A program made the position numbers and the translations under genes. Shown piece after piece: positions 9,807 through 19,267 of a stretch of DNA of 44,036 bases (its first letter is position 1; every line of letters starts with the position of its first letter). Under the pieces are notes generated by a model. It was not told the DNA's origin, searched no databases, and saw nothing but the letters and a program-made list of their open reading frames with translations. The DNA comes from Gemmatimonadota bacterium (GTDB taxonomy: Bacteria; Gemmatimonadota; Gemmatimonadetes; JACCXV01): the NCBI GenBank assembly GCA_046262075.1, contig JBHENL010000106.1, forward strand, positions 1 to 44,036, read 5' to 3'.

Positions 9807-10228
9807 GCGCGAGTCCCGTCCGCCCGCCGCAAGCACGCCTCGAGCTCGGCGCGCCGGTCCTGGGGCGCATGCCGCAGCGCCGCTTCGCGAGCGGCGGCGC
9901 ACGCGAGCGCCGGCTCGAGGCCGACCGCGGTGGCGCCGCGCAGGTGCGCCTCGAGCTGGCGCGCCGCCCCGCGGGCGGCGAGTGCCGCCACGGCGCAGAT
10001 CTCGCGCGCCGCGGGGGAGAGCCCGGGGCGGGAGAGCGTCTTGCCGTAGCCTTCGACCACCATCCACTCGTCGAGCGCGGGATGGAGCTCGCGCATGCGG
10101 GCTCGCAGGCGCGGGTAGCGCTCCCCGTAGACGCGCGCGCAGAGCTCCTCGCCTCGTGCACGCCAATCCTCCCATCCGCCGGCGAGCGCGGCCAGACGCG
10201 CGAGGAGACGCAGCGGATCGGGAGCCAT
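9803..10228 (-). CDS. carboxymuconolactone decarboxylase (AhpD-like) family protein
   Basis: Internal ATG at 10228 (MAPDPLRLLARLAAL...). The helical product of about 141 aa resembles CMD-family proteins (..LDEWMVVEGYGKTLSRPGLSPAAREICAVAALAA). ATGA overlap with the thioesterase start. Confidence 0.65.
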   Translation of the reverse strand: MAPDPLRLLARLAALAGGWEDWRARGEELCARVYGERYPRLRARMRELHPALDEWMVVEGYGKTLSRPGLSPAAREICAVAALAARGAARQLEAHLRGATAVGLEPALACAAAREAALRHAPQDRRAELEACLRRADGTRA

Positions 10229-10323
10229 GGCGGGCTCCGGCCCGGGATCGGCGAGGGGCGAGGGGGGGGCGATGGGGAGCACCGGGGTCACCGGCGGAAC
10301 ATAGGCCGCCGCGGGCGAGCCGT

Positions 10324-11337
10324 TCAAGCAGAGCCGGCCAGGCGGAAGCACGCGCGGGACTCGCCGACCGGCGTGCCGGCGTGGTTGCGCACGTCCCCGG
10401 CGCGGAACTCCGCCAGCGCTCGCAGCTCGTCCTCGCGCAGGACGTCGAGCTGCGCCAACGCTTCGAGGAGCGCCTGGCCGGCGGCGCGGGCCGAGCCGTC
10501 CTCGACCTTCAGCGCCACGCCCCATCCGCGCTCGCGCAGGGCGGCGCAGTAGACGCCGGCCGCCCCCACCTTGGCGACCACGCGCTCGCCGGCGACCTCC
10601 GCCAGCCGCGTGCACAGCCGGCCCGTGCCGGCGATGAACCACGGCTCCGCGGCCATGCCCTCCAGGATCGACCGCAGCGGATCGCGCCACTCCTCGGGCG
10701 CGCCCTCGCCTCCCGCCAGCCGGGCGTAGGCCGTCGCCATCCCGCGGAGCGAGAGGTGGAACGCCGGCACGCCGCAGCCGTCGATGCCCAGGCCGATCTC
10801 CTCCGCCCGCTCTCCGGTGAGGCGGGCGACCGCGCCGGCGATGTCGTGCTGGAGCGGGTGCTCGGCGGAGAGGTAGTCGGTGGTGGCCCAGCCGCGGCAC
10901 CGGCAGTGCGCGAGCATCCCGGCGTGCTTTCCCGAGCAGTTGTTCCAGAGCGGCGTCGGTGCGCGGCCGGTGCGTCCCAGCTCCCGCCAGGCCGCCTCGT
11001 TGTCGGGCACGTGCGCCCCGCAGAGCAGGTGGCTTTCGCCCAGACCGGCGGCGGCCAGGATGTCCGCCGCGGCGGCGCGGTGCGCCGCCTCTCCGTTGTG
11101 CGAGGCCGCCATCACCGCGACCGCGCGCGCGCCGAAGCCGTATGCCGCCACGCCGCCGGAGGCCATGAAGGGCAGGAGCTGGAAGGGCTTCGCCGCCGAG
11201 CGCCAGTACGTCCGCTGCGCCGGCTCGCCGCAGGAGGCGACCAGGCTCCCGCGACCGTCGGCGACAGCGATCGAGACGCGATGCACGGTCTCGAGCTCGC
11301 CCCCCCGCCGGACCTCGACACGCGCCGCATTCGTCAT
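10324..11337 (-). CDS. asparaginase family protein (Asparaginase_II type)
   Basis: 337 aa with motifs YWRSAAKPFQ and NNCSGKHAGML, characteristic of the PF06089-type asparaginases. Confidence 0.8.
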   Translation of the reverse strand: MTNAARVEVRRGGELETVHRVSIAVADGRGSLVASCGEPAQRTYWRSAAKPFQLLPFMASGGVAAYGFGARAVAVMAASHNGEAAHRAAAADILAAAGLGESHLLCGAHVPDNEAAWRELGRTGRAPTPLWNNCSGKHAGMLAHCRCRGWATTDYLSAEHPLQHDIAGAVARLTGERAEEIGLGIDGCGVPAFHLSLRGMATAYARLAGGEGAPEEWRDPLRSILEGMAAEPWFIAGTGRLCTRLAEVAGERVVAKVGAAGVYCAALRERGWGVALKVEDGSARAAGQALLEALAQLDVLREDELRALAEFRAGDVRNHAGTPVGESRACFRLAGSA

Positions 11338-12272
11338 GCGCGGGCTCTCGGCGCCCGCGTGCCCCGCGCGCGAGGCGGGACGCCCCAGGCGAGGAGGATG
11401 CCCGCCAGTACGAGCAGCCCTCCCAGGAACACGTGCGGCGAGAGGCGCTCGCCGAAGAGCAGGAGTGCGAGCAGCGTGGCGCCGAGCGGTTCTCCCAGGG
11501 TCGCCACGTTCACCTCGTAGGCCTTCCGGTAGCGCAGCGCCCAGTTGAGCAGGGTGTGGCCGACGACGGTGGGTCCGAGGGCCAGCAGGAAGAAGGCCCC
11601 GTAGCTCGCGGACGCGAACCCTGCCAGCGGCTCGCCGGCCACGGCCGCCGCGCCGAACAGCAGGAGCGCGGCCAGCGGGTTCACGACGCAGACCAGCGGC
11701 AGGAGATCCACGGCGGCCCGGAGGCGACGCACGAGAAGGTAATGCGCGGCCACGGCCGCCGCGCCGCCCAGCGCCAGCAGGTCTCCGCGCCAGGCGCCTC
11801 CCGCGAGCCGCACGTCGCCGCCCGCGATCGTCGCCGACCCCGCCAGAGCCACCGCGATCCCCGCGGCGGCGCTGCGCGGCACGCGCTCACCGAGCACCGC
11901 GTAGCCCAGGACCGCGACGAACACCGGCTGCGTCGCCACGAGCAGGACGGAGCTCGCCACCGTGGTGAGTCCCAGCGAGGCGATCCACAGCCCGAAGTGC
12001 AGGGCCAGGAAGGCCGCGGCCACCGCTCCCTCGGCGAGCCGGCGGGGGGTCCAGCCCGAGAGCGGCGAGACGCGCGCGATCGCCGCGGCGCCCCAGAACA
12101 GGAGCGAGGCCATGCCGAGCCGGTGGGCGCCGGTCACGAGCGGCGGCGCCTGCGCCAGGCGAACGAGGATGGCGGCCCAGCTGATCGCGAGCACGGCGCA
12201 TGCCATGGCGAGCCGGGGACGGACCGCCGGCGCGCCGGGCGCCGGGCGCGCCGTGGCCGGCGCGCGACTCAC
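11334..12272 (-). CDS. EamA/DMT-family transporter
   Basis: About 10 hydrophobic segments in two EamA-like halves. ATGA overlap with the asparaginase start. The start is uncertain (GTG 12272 overlapping the upstream stop, or the internal MACAVLAISW). Confidence 0.75.
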   Translation of the reverse strand: MSRAPATARPAPGAPAVRPRLAMACAVLAISWAAILVRLAQAPPLVTGAHRLGMASLLFWGAAAIARVSPLSGWTPRRLAEGAVAAAFLALHFGLWIASLGLTTVASSVLLVATQPVFVAVLGYAVLGERVPRSAAAGIAVALAGSATIAGGDVRLAGGAWRGDLLALGGAAAVAAHYLLVRRLRAAVDLLPLVCVVNPLAALLLFGAAAVAGEPLAGFASASYGAFFLLALGPTVVGHTLLNWALRYRKAYEVNVATLGEPLGATLLALLLFGERLSPHVFLGGLLVLAGILLAWGVPPRARGTRAPRARA

Positions 12273-13060
12273 CGCCCTTGCGGCGGCCTCGGCCGCTCGG
12301 CCGGCACGTCCGCGGCGGCGGTGGAGCCCTCACGCGATCCCGCCGTCAGGCCACGGCTCCTGCACCATGCGCGCGTGCGCCGGAACGCCGGCACCGGGCG
12401 GCGCGCCCAGTCCAGCAGGTCCTCCAGGACGTCGAGGTCGCGCAGGACGGGGAGCGTCGCGGCCTGGATCCCCGCCTCCGCCAGCCGCTCACGGGTTCGA
12501 AGGGCCACTTCCGGTGTCGACCACGGGATGTCCCGGAAGACGTCCGGCTGGACGCGGGAGAGCCCGAGGCACCAGTAGCCGCCGTCCCGGGCCTCGCCGA
12601 GCGCCGCCCCGCGGCGGGCGAGCGCTCGCAGGGCGTCGCGGACGAGGCCCGGCGTCAGGTCCGGACAGTCCGAGCCCAGCGCCAGGACGCCCGAGTGCGT
12701 CGCCAGCAGCCGCTCGAACACCCGCTCCAGCCGCTCTCCCAACCCGCCGCTCCCCTGCGGGAGGATCCGGAAGGGGGGCGGCAGCGACGGTCCCAGGTGA
12801 TCCGCGTCGTCGGGCTGCGCTGCTGCGCACCACAGCGCCGGCCGCGGGGCGTGCCGGCGTGCGGCGTGCAGCACGACCTCGAGCGTGTCCCCCAGGAGCG
12901 CGGCCTGCAGCGCCGCCGCCTCCGCCGCGCCGATGTGGCGGGCGAGGCGCGTCTTCACCCTGCCCGGCACCGGAGCCTTGGCGAACACGACCACGGCGAG
13001 CCGCCCCGCCACCGCAGCCGGGCCGCGAGCGGCCGGGCTCGCCTCGGGCTCGGGAGTCAC
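12269..13060 (-). CDS. DUF2064 / TIGR04282-type glycosyltransferase-like protein
   Basis: Frame of ORF 12269..13783 trimmed to GTG 13060 (GTGA overlap with the MFS stop). N-terminus ..RLAVVVFAKAPVPGRVKTRL and ..LGSDCPDL..GGYWCLG are typical of DUF2064. Confidence 0.7.
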   Translation of the reverse strand: MTPEPEASPAARGPAAVAGRLAVVVFAKAPVPGRVKTRLARHIGAAEAAALQAALLGDTLEVVLHAARRHAPRPALWCAAAQPDDADHLGPSLPPPFRILPQGSGGLGERLERVFERLLATHSGVLALGSDCPDLTPGLVRDALRALARRGAALGEARDGGYWCLGLSRVQPDVFRDIPWSTPEVALRTRERLAEAGIQAATLPVLRDLDVLEDLLDWARRPVPAFRRTRAWCRSRGLTAGSREGSTAAADVPAERPRPPQGR

Positions 13061-14262
13061 GTGGGGAGGTCGGTCGCCGGCGGCAGCCGCTCCGGGTCCG
13101 GCCCCGCCACGCGCCGCAGGAGCAACCCCACGCCGAGCGCCACGACGGAAACGGCGGCCACCGCGCCGAAGACGGCCGAGGTCCCCTGCGCCTCCGCCAG
13201 TGCCCCGCCCGCGGCTGCAGCGCCCGCGCCCACTCCGAACGAGAGGGCGAACGAGAGCCCGTAGACGCGGCTGCGCACCCGCGGCCGCGAGCTCGCCGCG
13301 AGCAGCGTGTTGGTGAGGGGCTGATGCGAGAAGTGGACGACGACGAAGAGGAACACCACCGCGACCAACGCGGTGCCCTCCAGCAGCGCGATCCCCGCCG
13401 CAAGCGGCACCGCGGCCGCGAGGACGCTCACCAGCACCGTCTCGGCGGGCCAGCGCGCCAGCGACCGGCCGGCGAGGAACTGGCCCGCCATGCCGCCCAG
13501 GAGGGCCGCACTCGTCACGAGCCCCGCTCGCGCCAGGCCATCCCCGGGCTCGGCCGCCAGCCGGTCGAGGAGATGGATCGGCAGGAACGTCATGGTGCCG
13601 CGGTAGACGAGCCCCAGCAGCGTCCCCAGTGCCAGCAGCAGCACGAGGGAGGTGCGCGCGGGGCGCGCCAGCGGCTCCCGATCCGCTGCGGCCACCGCCG
13701 GAGCGGAGGAGCGTTCGAGGGAGAGCAGCGCCAGGGCGAGCGGGAGCGCCACGGCCGAGAGCACGAGGTACGGCGCGCGCCACCCGAACGCTTCCGTGAG
13801 CGCGGCCGCCGCGAAGGGGGTGGCGGCGAGGCCCGCGTTCCCCGCCATTCCGTGGACCGCGAGGGCCGGACCGAGCGGGCGCACGCGGTGCGAGAGGAGT
13901 CCCAGGCCCGCCGGATGGTAGAGGCTGGCGGCCGCGCCGAGCGCGACGTAGCCGGCGGCGACCGCGGCCACGCCGCGGGCGGTCCCGAGGCCGAGCAGGG
14001 CGGCCGTGCTGCCAAGCAGACAGGCAACCAGCACCCGCCGCGCGCCGAAGCGGTCGGCGAGCCAGCCGGCGGCGGGCGCGCCCGCGCCGAAGCAGGCGTA
14101 CGACAGAGTGCCGAGAACGCCGAGCTCACCGAGCGAGAGGCTCAGCTCGCGCGCCAGCGGCGGGAGCACCACCGCGAAGACGAGCATCTCGGCGTGGACG
14201 AGCGCGTGCGCGGCGGAGGTGAGTGCCAGGATGCGCCGCGCGGCGGGCTCGCGGAGCTCCAC
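13057..14262 (-). CDS. MFS transporter
   Basis: Frame of ORF 13057..15294 trimmed to GTG 14262 (VELREPAARRILALTSAAHALVH...). About 12 hydrophobic segments and the MFS loop motif GWLADRFGARRV. Confidence 0.8.
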   Translation of the reverse strand: MELREPAARRILALTSAAHALVHAEMLVFAVVLPPLARELSLSLGELGVLGTLSYACFGAGAPAAGWLADRFGARRVLVACLLGSTAALLGLGTARGVAAVAAGYVALGAAASLYHPAGLGLLSHRVRPLGPALAVHGMAGNAGLAATPFAAAALTEAFGWRAPYLVLSAVALPLALALLSLERSSAPAVAAADREPLARPARTSLVLLLALGTLLGLVYRGTMTFLPIHLLDRLAAEPGDGLARAGLVTSAALLGGMAGQFLAGRSLARWPAETVLVSVLAAAVPLAAGIALLEGTALVAVVFLFVVVHFSHQPLTNTLLAASSRPRVRSRVYGLSFALSFGVGAGAAAAGGALAEAQGTSAVFGAVAAVSVVALGVGLLLRRVAGPDPERLPPATDLPT

Positions 14263-14309
14263 GCGGCGCGGGCCCGCCTCGCCGGCCGGAAGCCTCGCGA
14301 GCCGCGCGC

Positions 14310-15764
14310 TCAGAAGCCGATCAGGCGCGTGATGTCGCTGGTGACCGCCCAGGCCATGAGGAGCCCCACCATGACCCAGCCCGCGAGCGCGATCCGGGTC
14401 TTCAGCTGCAGCGACAGCGGGCGCCCGCGGACGGCCTCGGGAAGCAGGAAGAACACGACGTGCCCCCCGTCGAGCACGGGGATCGGAAGCAGGTTCAGGA
14501 TGGCGAGGTTGATGCTGAAGAGGCCCATCCACCAGAGGAGCTGCTCGAAGCCCTGGCGCTGGTAGTATCCCGTGATCTGGCCGATCGCCACCGGCCCGCC
14601 GATCGAGTCGAACGAGACCTGGCCGGTCACGAGCTGGCCCAGCCCCTCCATGATGAGCCCTCCGGCCCGCAGGGTGGCCTGGGTGCCCTGCTGCACCGCC
14701 TCGCCTAGACCGATCGGCCGCACGTCGAGCCGCGCCGAGACGCCGAGGAAGCCCACCTCGACGAACTTGTTGTCGGCGCCCGGCGCGCGCTCGCGCGCGG
14801 GCACGACCGTCAGGTCGAGAGTGCGCTCGCCACCCCGCTCCCCGGGGGTGGCGTCGCGCTCGACGCGCACGAGGATCCGCTCGCCCGCACGCTTGCGGAC
14901 GTAGTCCGGCACGTCCTCCCAGATCGTCACCGGCCGCCCATCCAGCTCGAGGATGCGGTCGCCGGGCCGGATCCGGGCGCGAGCCGCGGGCCCGCCGTCC
15001 TGCACCCGTCCGACCACTGGGGCGAAGGCGGGCGCGAGACCGGCCGCGAGCGACGAGGGACTCACGGCCCGGTCCACGGCGTCCTCGCCCGCGCCGGCGA
15101 AGCGCACGCGAAGCGGCTCGCCCGCCGCCGCCCCTTCGAGCCGTGTCAGGAGCTCGTCCCAGGTCGAGACCTCCTCGCCGTTCACCGCCTGGACCGTGCG
15201 GCCGCGCCAGGCTTCCAGCTCGGGGTCGAGCCGGACCAGCTCCGGATCGACGCTGCCCAGCGTCGTGGGCACGAGCGGCTCGCCCTGACTCCACGAGAGC
15301 CAGACGAAGACGACGAAGCCGAACACGAAGTTCATCGTCACGCCAGCCAGGATCACGATCAGGCGCACCCAGAGCGGCTTCGTGTCGAAGCCCGCGGACC
15401 GTTCGCGCCCGCGGCGGAGAGCGTCCTCGGGCTCCTCCGCGCCGGCGTCCGGCACCCAGAACCCCGCGACCTCCTCCCGCTCGTGGCCCTCGCCGTCACC
15501 GGGCGGGTGGCCGGCGCGATCTCCCTCCACCCACTCCCCCACCTCGTCCCCCTCGGTTCCGGCCATCTTCACGTAGCCGCCGAAGGGAATTGCCGACAGG
15601 CAGTAGTCCGTCTCGCCGATTCGGAAACCAACCAGCCGCGGGCCCAGCCCCAGCGAGAAGCGCGGCACGCCGATGCCAGCCCACTTGGCGGCCAGGAAGT
15701 GGCCGAGCTCGTGGACGAAGATCAGCACGCCGAGGAGCAGCAGCGTGGTGAGGAAGGTCTCCAT
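14310..15764 (-). CDS. rseP: RIP site-2 metalloprotease RseP
   Basis: Internal ATG at 15764 (METFLTTLLLLGVLIFVHELGHF, HExxH). PDZ region present. C-terminal NLLPIPVLDGGH motif. Confidence 0.9.
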   Translation of the reverse strand: METFLTTLLLLGVLIFVHELGHFLAAKWAGIGVPRFSLGLGPRLVGFRIGETDYCLSAIPFGGYVKMAGTEGDEVGEWVEGDRAGHPPGDGEGHEREEVAGFWVPDAGAEEPEDALRRGRERSAGFDTKPLWVRLIVILAGVTMNFVFGFVVFVWLSWSQGEPLVPTTLGSVDPELVRLDPELEAWRGRTVQAVNGEEVSTWDELLTRLEGAAAGEPLRVRFAGAGEDAVDRAVSPSSLAAGLAPAFAPVVGRVQDGGPAARARIRPGDRILELDGRPVTIWEDVPDYVRKRAGERILVRVERDATPGERGGERTLDLTVVPARERAPGADNKFVEVGFLGVSARLDVRPIGLGEAVQQGTQATLRAGGLIMEGLGQLVTGQVSFDSIGGPVAIGQITGYYQRQGFEQLLWWMGLFSINLAILNLLPIPVLDGGHVVFFLLPEAVRGRPLSLQLKTRIALAGWVMVGLLMAWAVTSDITRLIGF

Positions 15765-15766
15765 GG

Positions 15767-17002
15767 TCAGCTCGTCCGGGCTGCGGTTGCGCCGTCCACC
15801 CGCCGCCACGCCGCGGCGCGCGCGCGCCGGTCGGCGTGGATCACGTCCGCCACCTCTCGCACGGCTTCACGGGGGACCCGCTCGAGCGCGTGCTCGAGCA
15901 CGTCGGGGATGTCGTTGAAGGCGAGCCGGCCCTCGCGGAATGCCTGGTTCGCGACCTCGTTTGCGGCGTTGTAGACCGCGGGTGCCGTGCCTCCCGCCTC
16001 GCCCGCCCGCCGCGCCAGGGTCAGCGCGGGGAACGCCGCCTCGTCGGCGGCCTCGAACGTGAGGCTCCCCAGCTCGCGCAGCGAGAGGCGGCTCCGGCCC
16101 AGCGCCGCGCGGCTCGGATAGGTCAGGGCGTACTGGATCGGGAGCTCCATCGTCGGCGCCCCCAGATGGGCAAGGAACGAGCCATCCACGAGCTCCACGA
16201 GGCCATGGACGACGGACTGCGGATGGATGACGACCGAGATCGCGTCGTACGGGAGGTCGAACAGGACGTGCGCCTCGATGATCTCGAGACCCTTGTTGGC
16301 GAGCGTCGCGGAGTCGACGGTGATCTTCGGGCCCATGCTCCACGTCGGGTGCGCCAGCGCCTCTGCGGGCGTGACGCCCGAGAGCTCCTCGCGCGATCGC
16401 CCGCGGAAGGGTCCGCCGGATGCGGTCAGCACGACCCGCCGGATCTCCGCCCGCGGCCGTCCGTCGAGGAGCTGGAAGAGCGAGCTGTGCTCGCTGTCGA
16501 CGGGCACCAGCTCGGCCCCGCGCCGCTGGAGGGCGCCGCGGACGAGCGAGCCGCCCATGACGAGGGCCTCCTTGTTGGCGAGCGCCACGCGCTTGCCGGC
16601 CTCCAGCGCGCGGAGGGTGGGCAGGAGGCCCACGGAGCCGACGAGCGCGTTCAGCACGACGTCCACCTCGGGCTCCGTCGCCAGGTCCGCCAGGGCGGCC
16701 TCCCCGGCGTCCACCCGCCATCCCCCCGCCCCCGAGGACATCCGCCGCGCGGCCTCGAGGTCGCAGAGCACGACGCGCTCCGGCCCGAACTCGGCGCAGC
16801 AGGCGCGCACGCCGTCCACGCTGCTGTTCGCCGCGACGCCGTAGAGCTCGAACCTCTCACGGAGCGAGCGGAGCACCGCCAGGGCGGCGGCTCCGATCGA
16901 GCCGGTGCAGCCCAGCAGCGCGACGCGCACGGGGCGAGTGCGGGCACCGGCCGCCGGGGCGAAGCCCGTCTCCGGCAGCGGGACGGCTCCGCGCGCGCTC
17001 AC
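15767..17002 (-). CDS. dxr: 1-deoxy-D-xylulose-5-phosphate reductoisomerase
   Basis: VRVALLGCTGSIG NADPH-binding N-terminus, plus LANKEALV, PVDSEHSS and HPTWSMGPKITVDSAT. The start is set at GTG 17002 (GTGA overlap with the cdsA stop) and could instead lie a little downstream. Confidence 0.9.
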   Translation of the reverse strand: MSARGAVPLPETGFAPAAGARTRPVRVALLGCTGSIGAAALAVLRSLRERFELYGVAANSSVDGVRACCAEFGPERVVLCDLEAARRMSSGAGGWRVDAGEAALADLATEPEVDVVLNALVGSVGLLPTLRALEAGKRVALANKEALVMGGSLVRGALQRRGAELVPVDSEHSSLFQLLDGRPRAEIRRVVLTASGGPFRGRSREELSGVTPAEALAHPTWSMGPKITVDSATLANKGLEIIEAHVLFDLPYDAISVVIHPQSVVHGLVELVDGSFLAHLGAPTMELPIQYALTYPSRAALGRSRLSLRELGSLTFEAADEAAFPALTLARRAGEAGGTAPAVYNAANEVANQAFREGRLAFNDIPDVLEHALERVPREAVREVADVIHADRRARAAAWRRVDGATAARTS

Positions 17003-17802
17003 CCGAGCACCCCCAGGAAGAGCGCGTACGCAGCGGGGGCGGTGAACAGCACCGCGTCGAAGCGGTCCAGCACTCCGCCGTGGCCGGGGATGAGCGCGCC
17101 GCTGTCCTTCGCGCCGGCGGCACGCTTCAGCAGCGACTCGGCGAGATCGCCGGCCTGCGCCAGCACGCTGGCCACGGCACCGGCCACGGCCCCGGCAGCC
17201 CATCCAAGGCGGGGCAGCGCACCGGGGGCCCATGCGAAGAGCGCGGCGCCCACGAGTGCGGCACACAGCACCGCCCCGACCGCGCCGGCGAGGGTCTTTC
17301 CCGGGCTGATGTGCGGCAGGAGCCTGCGCCGGCCCCACGCGCGGCCGACGAAGTAGGCCGCCACGTCCGTGGTCCAGGTCAGGAGGAGCGGAGCGAGCAC
17401 GAGGGCCAGCCCTCCGCGATACGGTGTGAGAGGAAGCGCCCGCGGCAGCTCGCGCAACCCGACGAGGAACGAGAAGAGCCATCCCACGTACAGCGCTCCC
17501 AGCAGGGCGAGGGTCGCAGTCCGCAACCCGGCCGCCGGCGAGCCGGCGCGCAGCCCGAGCAGCAGCGCACCCACGGTCGCGGCCGAGACCAGCACCTCCA
17601 CCCACCCGCCTCCCACCGGCGCCGCGTAGCGCCCTCCGACGGCCGCCAGCGCGGCGCCGAGCACCAGCGCCAGGGCCGCGGGCTCGCCCGGCAGGAGCAG
17701 CCGGCAGTACTCTCGCGCCCCCAGCGCGGCCAGCCCGGCCACGACCACGACGAACACCGGTCCCCCGACCCACGCGGCGGCCAGGAAGGCGGGCGCCAGC
17801 AC
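16999..17802 (-). CDS. cdsA: phosphatidate cytidylyltransferase
   Basis: C-terminal signature SLLKRAAGAKDSGALIPGHGGVLDRFD, with multiple TM segments. The start is uncertain (GTG 17802 chosen, CTG 17829 possible). The ORF-track N-terminus up to 18237 overlaps uppS and is rejected. Confidence 0.8.
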   Translation of the reverse strand: MLAPAFLAAAWVGGPVFVVVVAGLAALGAREYCRLLLPGEPAALALVLGAALAAVGGRYAAPVGGGWVEVLVSAATVGALLLGLRAGSPAAGLRTATLALLGALYVGWLFSFLVGLRELPRALPLTPYRGGLALVLAPLLLTWTTDVAAYFVGRAWGRRRLLPHISPGKTLAGAVGAVLCAALVGAALFAWAPGALPRLGWAAGAVAGAVASVLAQAGDLAESLLKRAAGAKDSGALIPGHGGVLDRFDAVLFTAPAAYALFLGVLG

Positions 17803-17843
17803 GGCGGCCGAGAGGACCCGGACCGGCAGCGCGGCGTCCTTCG

Positions 17844-18584
17844 CTATCGCAGGACCTGGCCGAAGCGGCGCTCCCGGCGCTGGAAGTCGGCCACGGCCTC
17901 GTAGAAGTCCTCCTCCGCGAAGTCCGGCCAGAGGACCTCGGTGACGTGGATCTCGGTGTAGGCGATCTGCCAGAGGAGGAAGTTCGAGATCCGCAGCTCG
18001 CCGCTCGTGCGGATCAGGAGATCGGGGTCCGGCAGCCCTTCGGTCGCCAGCGCGGTGGCGAAGCAGGTCTCGTCGATGGAGTCGGGCTCGAGCTCGCCGG
18101 CTGCGACCCGTCGCGCCAGCCGCCGGGCCGCGCGCGCGATCTCCCACCTGCCGCCGTAGCTGATCCCCAGGTTGAGGATCATGCGATCCCCCGAGGCGGT
18201 GGCGTCCAGCAGGTCCTCGAGCGCAGCGCGGGCCCACGCCGCCAGCCGGTCGATCTCGCCCATCACACGCACCTGCACGCCGCGCTCGACGAGCTCCCGG
18301 CGCTCGGACTCGATGTAGCGCGCGAGAAGCTCCATCAAGGCCTCGATCTCGCCGCGCGGGCGGTTCCAGTTCTCCTGCGAGAACGCATAGAGCGAGAGCA
18401 CGCCCACCCCCGTCTCCCCCGCCGCCTGGACGGCGCGCTTCACCGCCTTCATCCCCTCCTGGTGGCCGAACACGCGTGGCTGCCCGCGCTCCTGCGCCCA
18501 GCGCCCGTTGCCGTCCATGATGATCGCGACGTGCTCGGGCACGGCGCCGTGCGCGCGAACCTCCTCCGCGGTTGCGGTCATCAC
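17844..18584 (-). CDS. uppS: isoprenyl transferase (undecaprenyl-diphosphate synthase)
   Basis: HVAIIMDGNGRWA, and ..RTSGELRISNFLLWQIAYTE. Confidence 0.9.
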   Translation of the reverse strand: MMTATAEEVRAHGAVPEHVAIIMDGNGRWAQERGQPRVFGHQEGMKAVKRAVQAAGETGVGVLSLYAFSQENWNRPRGEIEALMELLARYIESERRELVERGVQVRVMGEIDRLAAWARAALEDLLDATASGDRMILNLGISYGGRWEIARAARRLARRVAAGELEPDSIDETCFATALATEGLPDPDLLIRTSGELRISNFLLWQIAYTEIHVTEVLWPDFAEEDFYEAVADFQRRERRFGQVLR

Positions 18585-19153
18585 ACTTCCATGATCTCAG
18601 CTTCCTTGCGTTTCACGACCGCGTCGACGTCCCCGATCGCACCGTCCGTGCGCTCCTGCACGTCCTTCAGCGCGCGGCGCGCGTCGTCGGCCGAGAGCTC
18701 GCCCTTCTTCTCGCGCTCCTTGATCCTGTGGTTCGCCTCCTGGCGCGCATGGCGGATCGCGATGCGCCCGTCCTCCGCCATCTTGTGCGTGAGCTTCACC
18801 AGCTCCCTGCGGCGCTCCTCGGTGAGCGGCGGGATGGGGATCCGCACGACCGAGCCGTCGCTCGAGGGCGTGAGGCCCAGGTCGGAGGTCTGGATCGCGC
18901 GCTCGATCGCGCCGATCGTCGACCGGTCGTAGGGGCTGACCAGGATCAGGCGCGGCTCGGGGGCGCTGACGGTGGCGACCTGGTTGAGCGGCATGAGCGA
19001 CCCGTAGGCCTCGACGCGCACGCGGTCGAGCAGCGCCGTGGACGCCTTCCCGCTGCGGACCGTGGCCAGCTCGTGGCGCACGGCCTCCACCGCCAGCCGC
19101 ATGTGCTCGCCGGCTTCCTTCAGCAGGGGGTCATTCATAGGCGGGGGCTCCAC
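18581..19153 (-). CDS. frr: ribosome recycling factor
   Basis: About 185-190 aa, with ..VRSGKAS..LLDRVRVEAYGS..PLNQVA...LTEERRRELVK. The start is either 19153 or the ATG at 19138. Confidence 0.9.
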   Translation of the reverse strand: MEPPPMNDPLLKEAGEHMRLAVEAVRHELATVRSGKASTALLDRVRVEAYGSLMPLNQVATVSAPEPRLILVSPYDRSTIGAIERAIQTSDLGLTPSSDGSVVRIPIPPLTEERRRELVKLTHKMAEDGRIAIRHARQEANHRIKEREKKGELSADDARRALKDVQERTDGAIGDVDAVVKRKEAEIMEV

Positions 19154-19267
19154 TATGGGCGTGGCCTCGCTCGGGCAGAGCCATCGCTCGGCACGACCGA
19201 CCGTTCACGATGCAGCGGGGGCTCGCTCTCGGGCTACGTCCTCGCTCGACTCGGCTGCCGACCGGGC

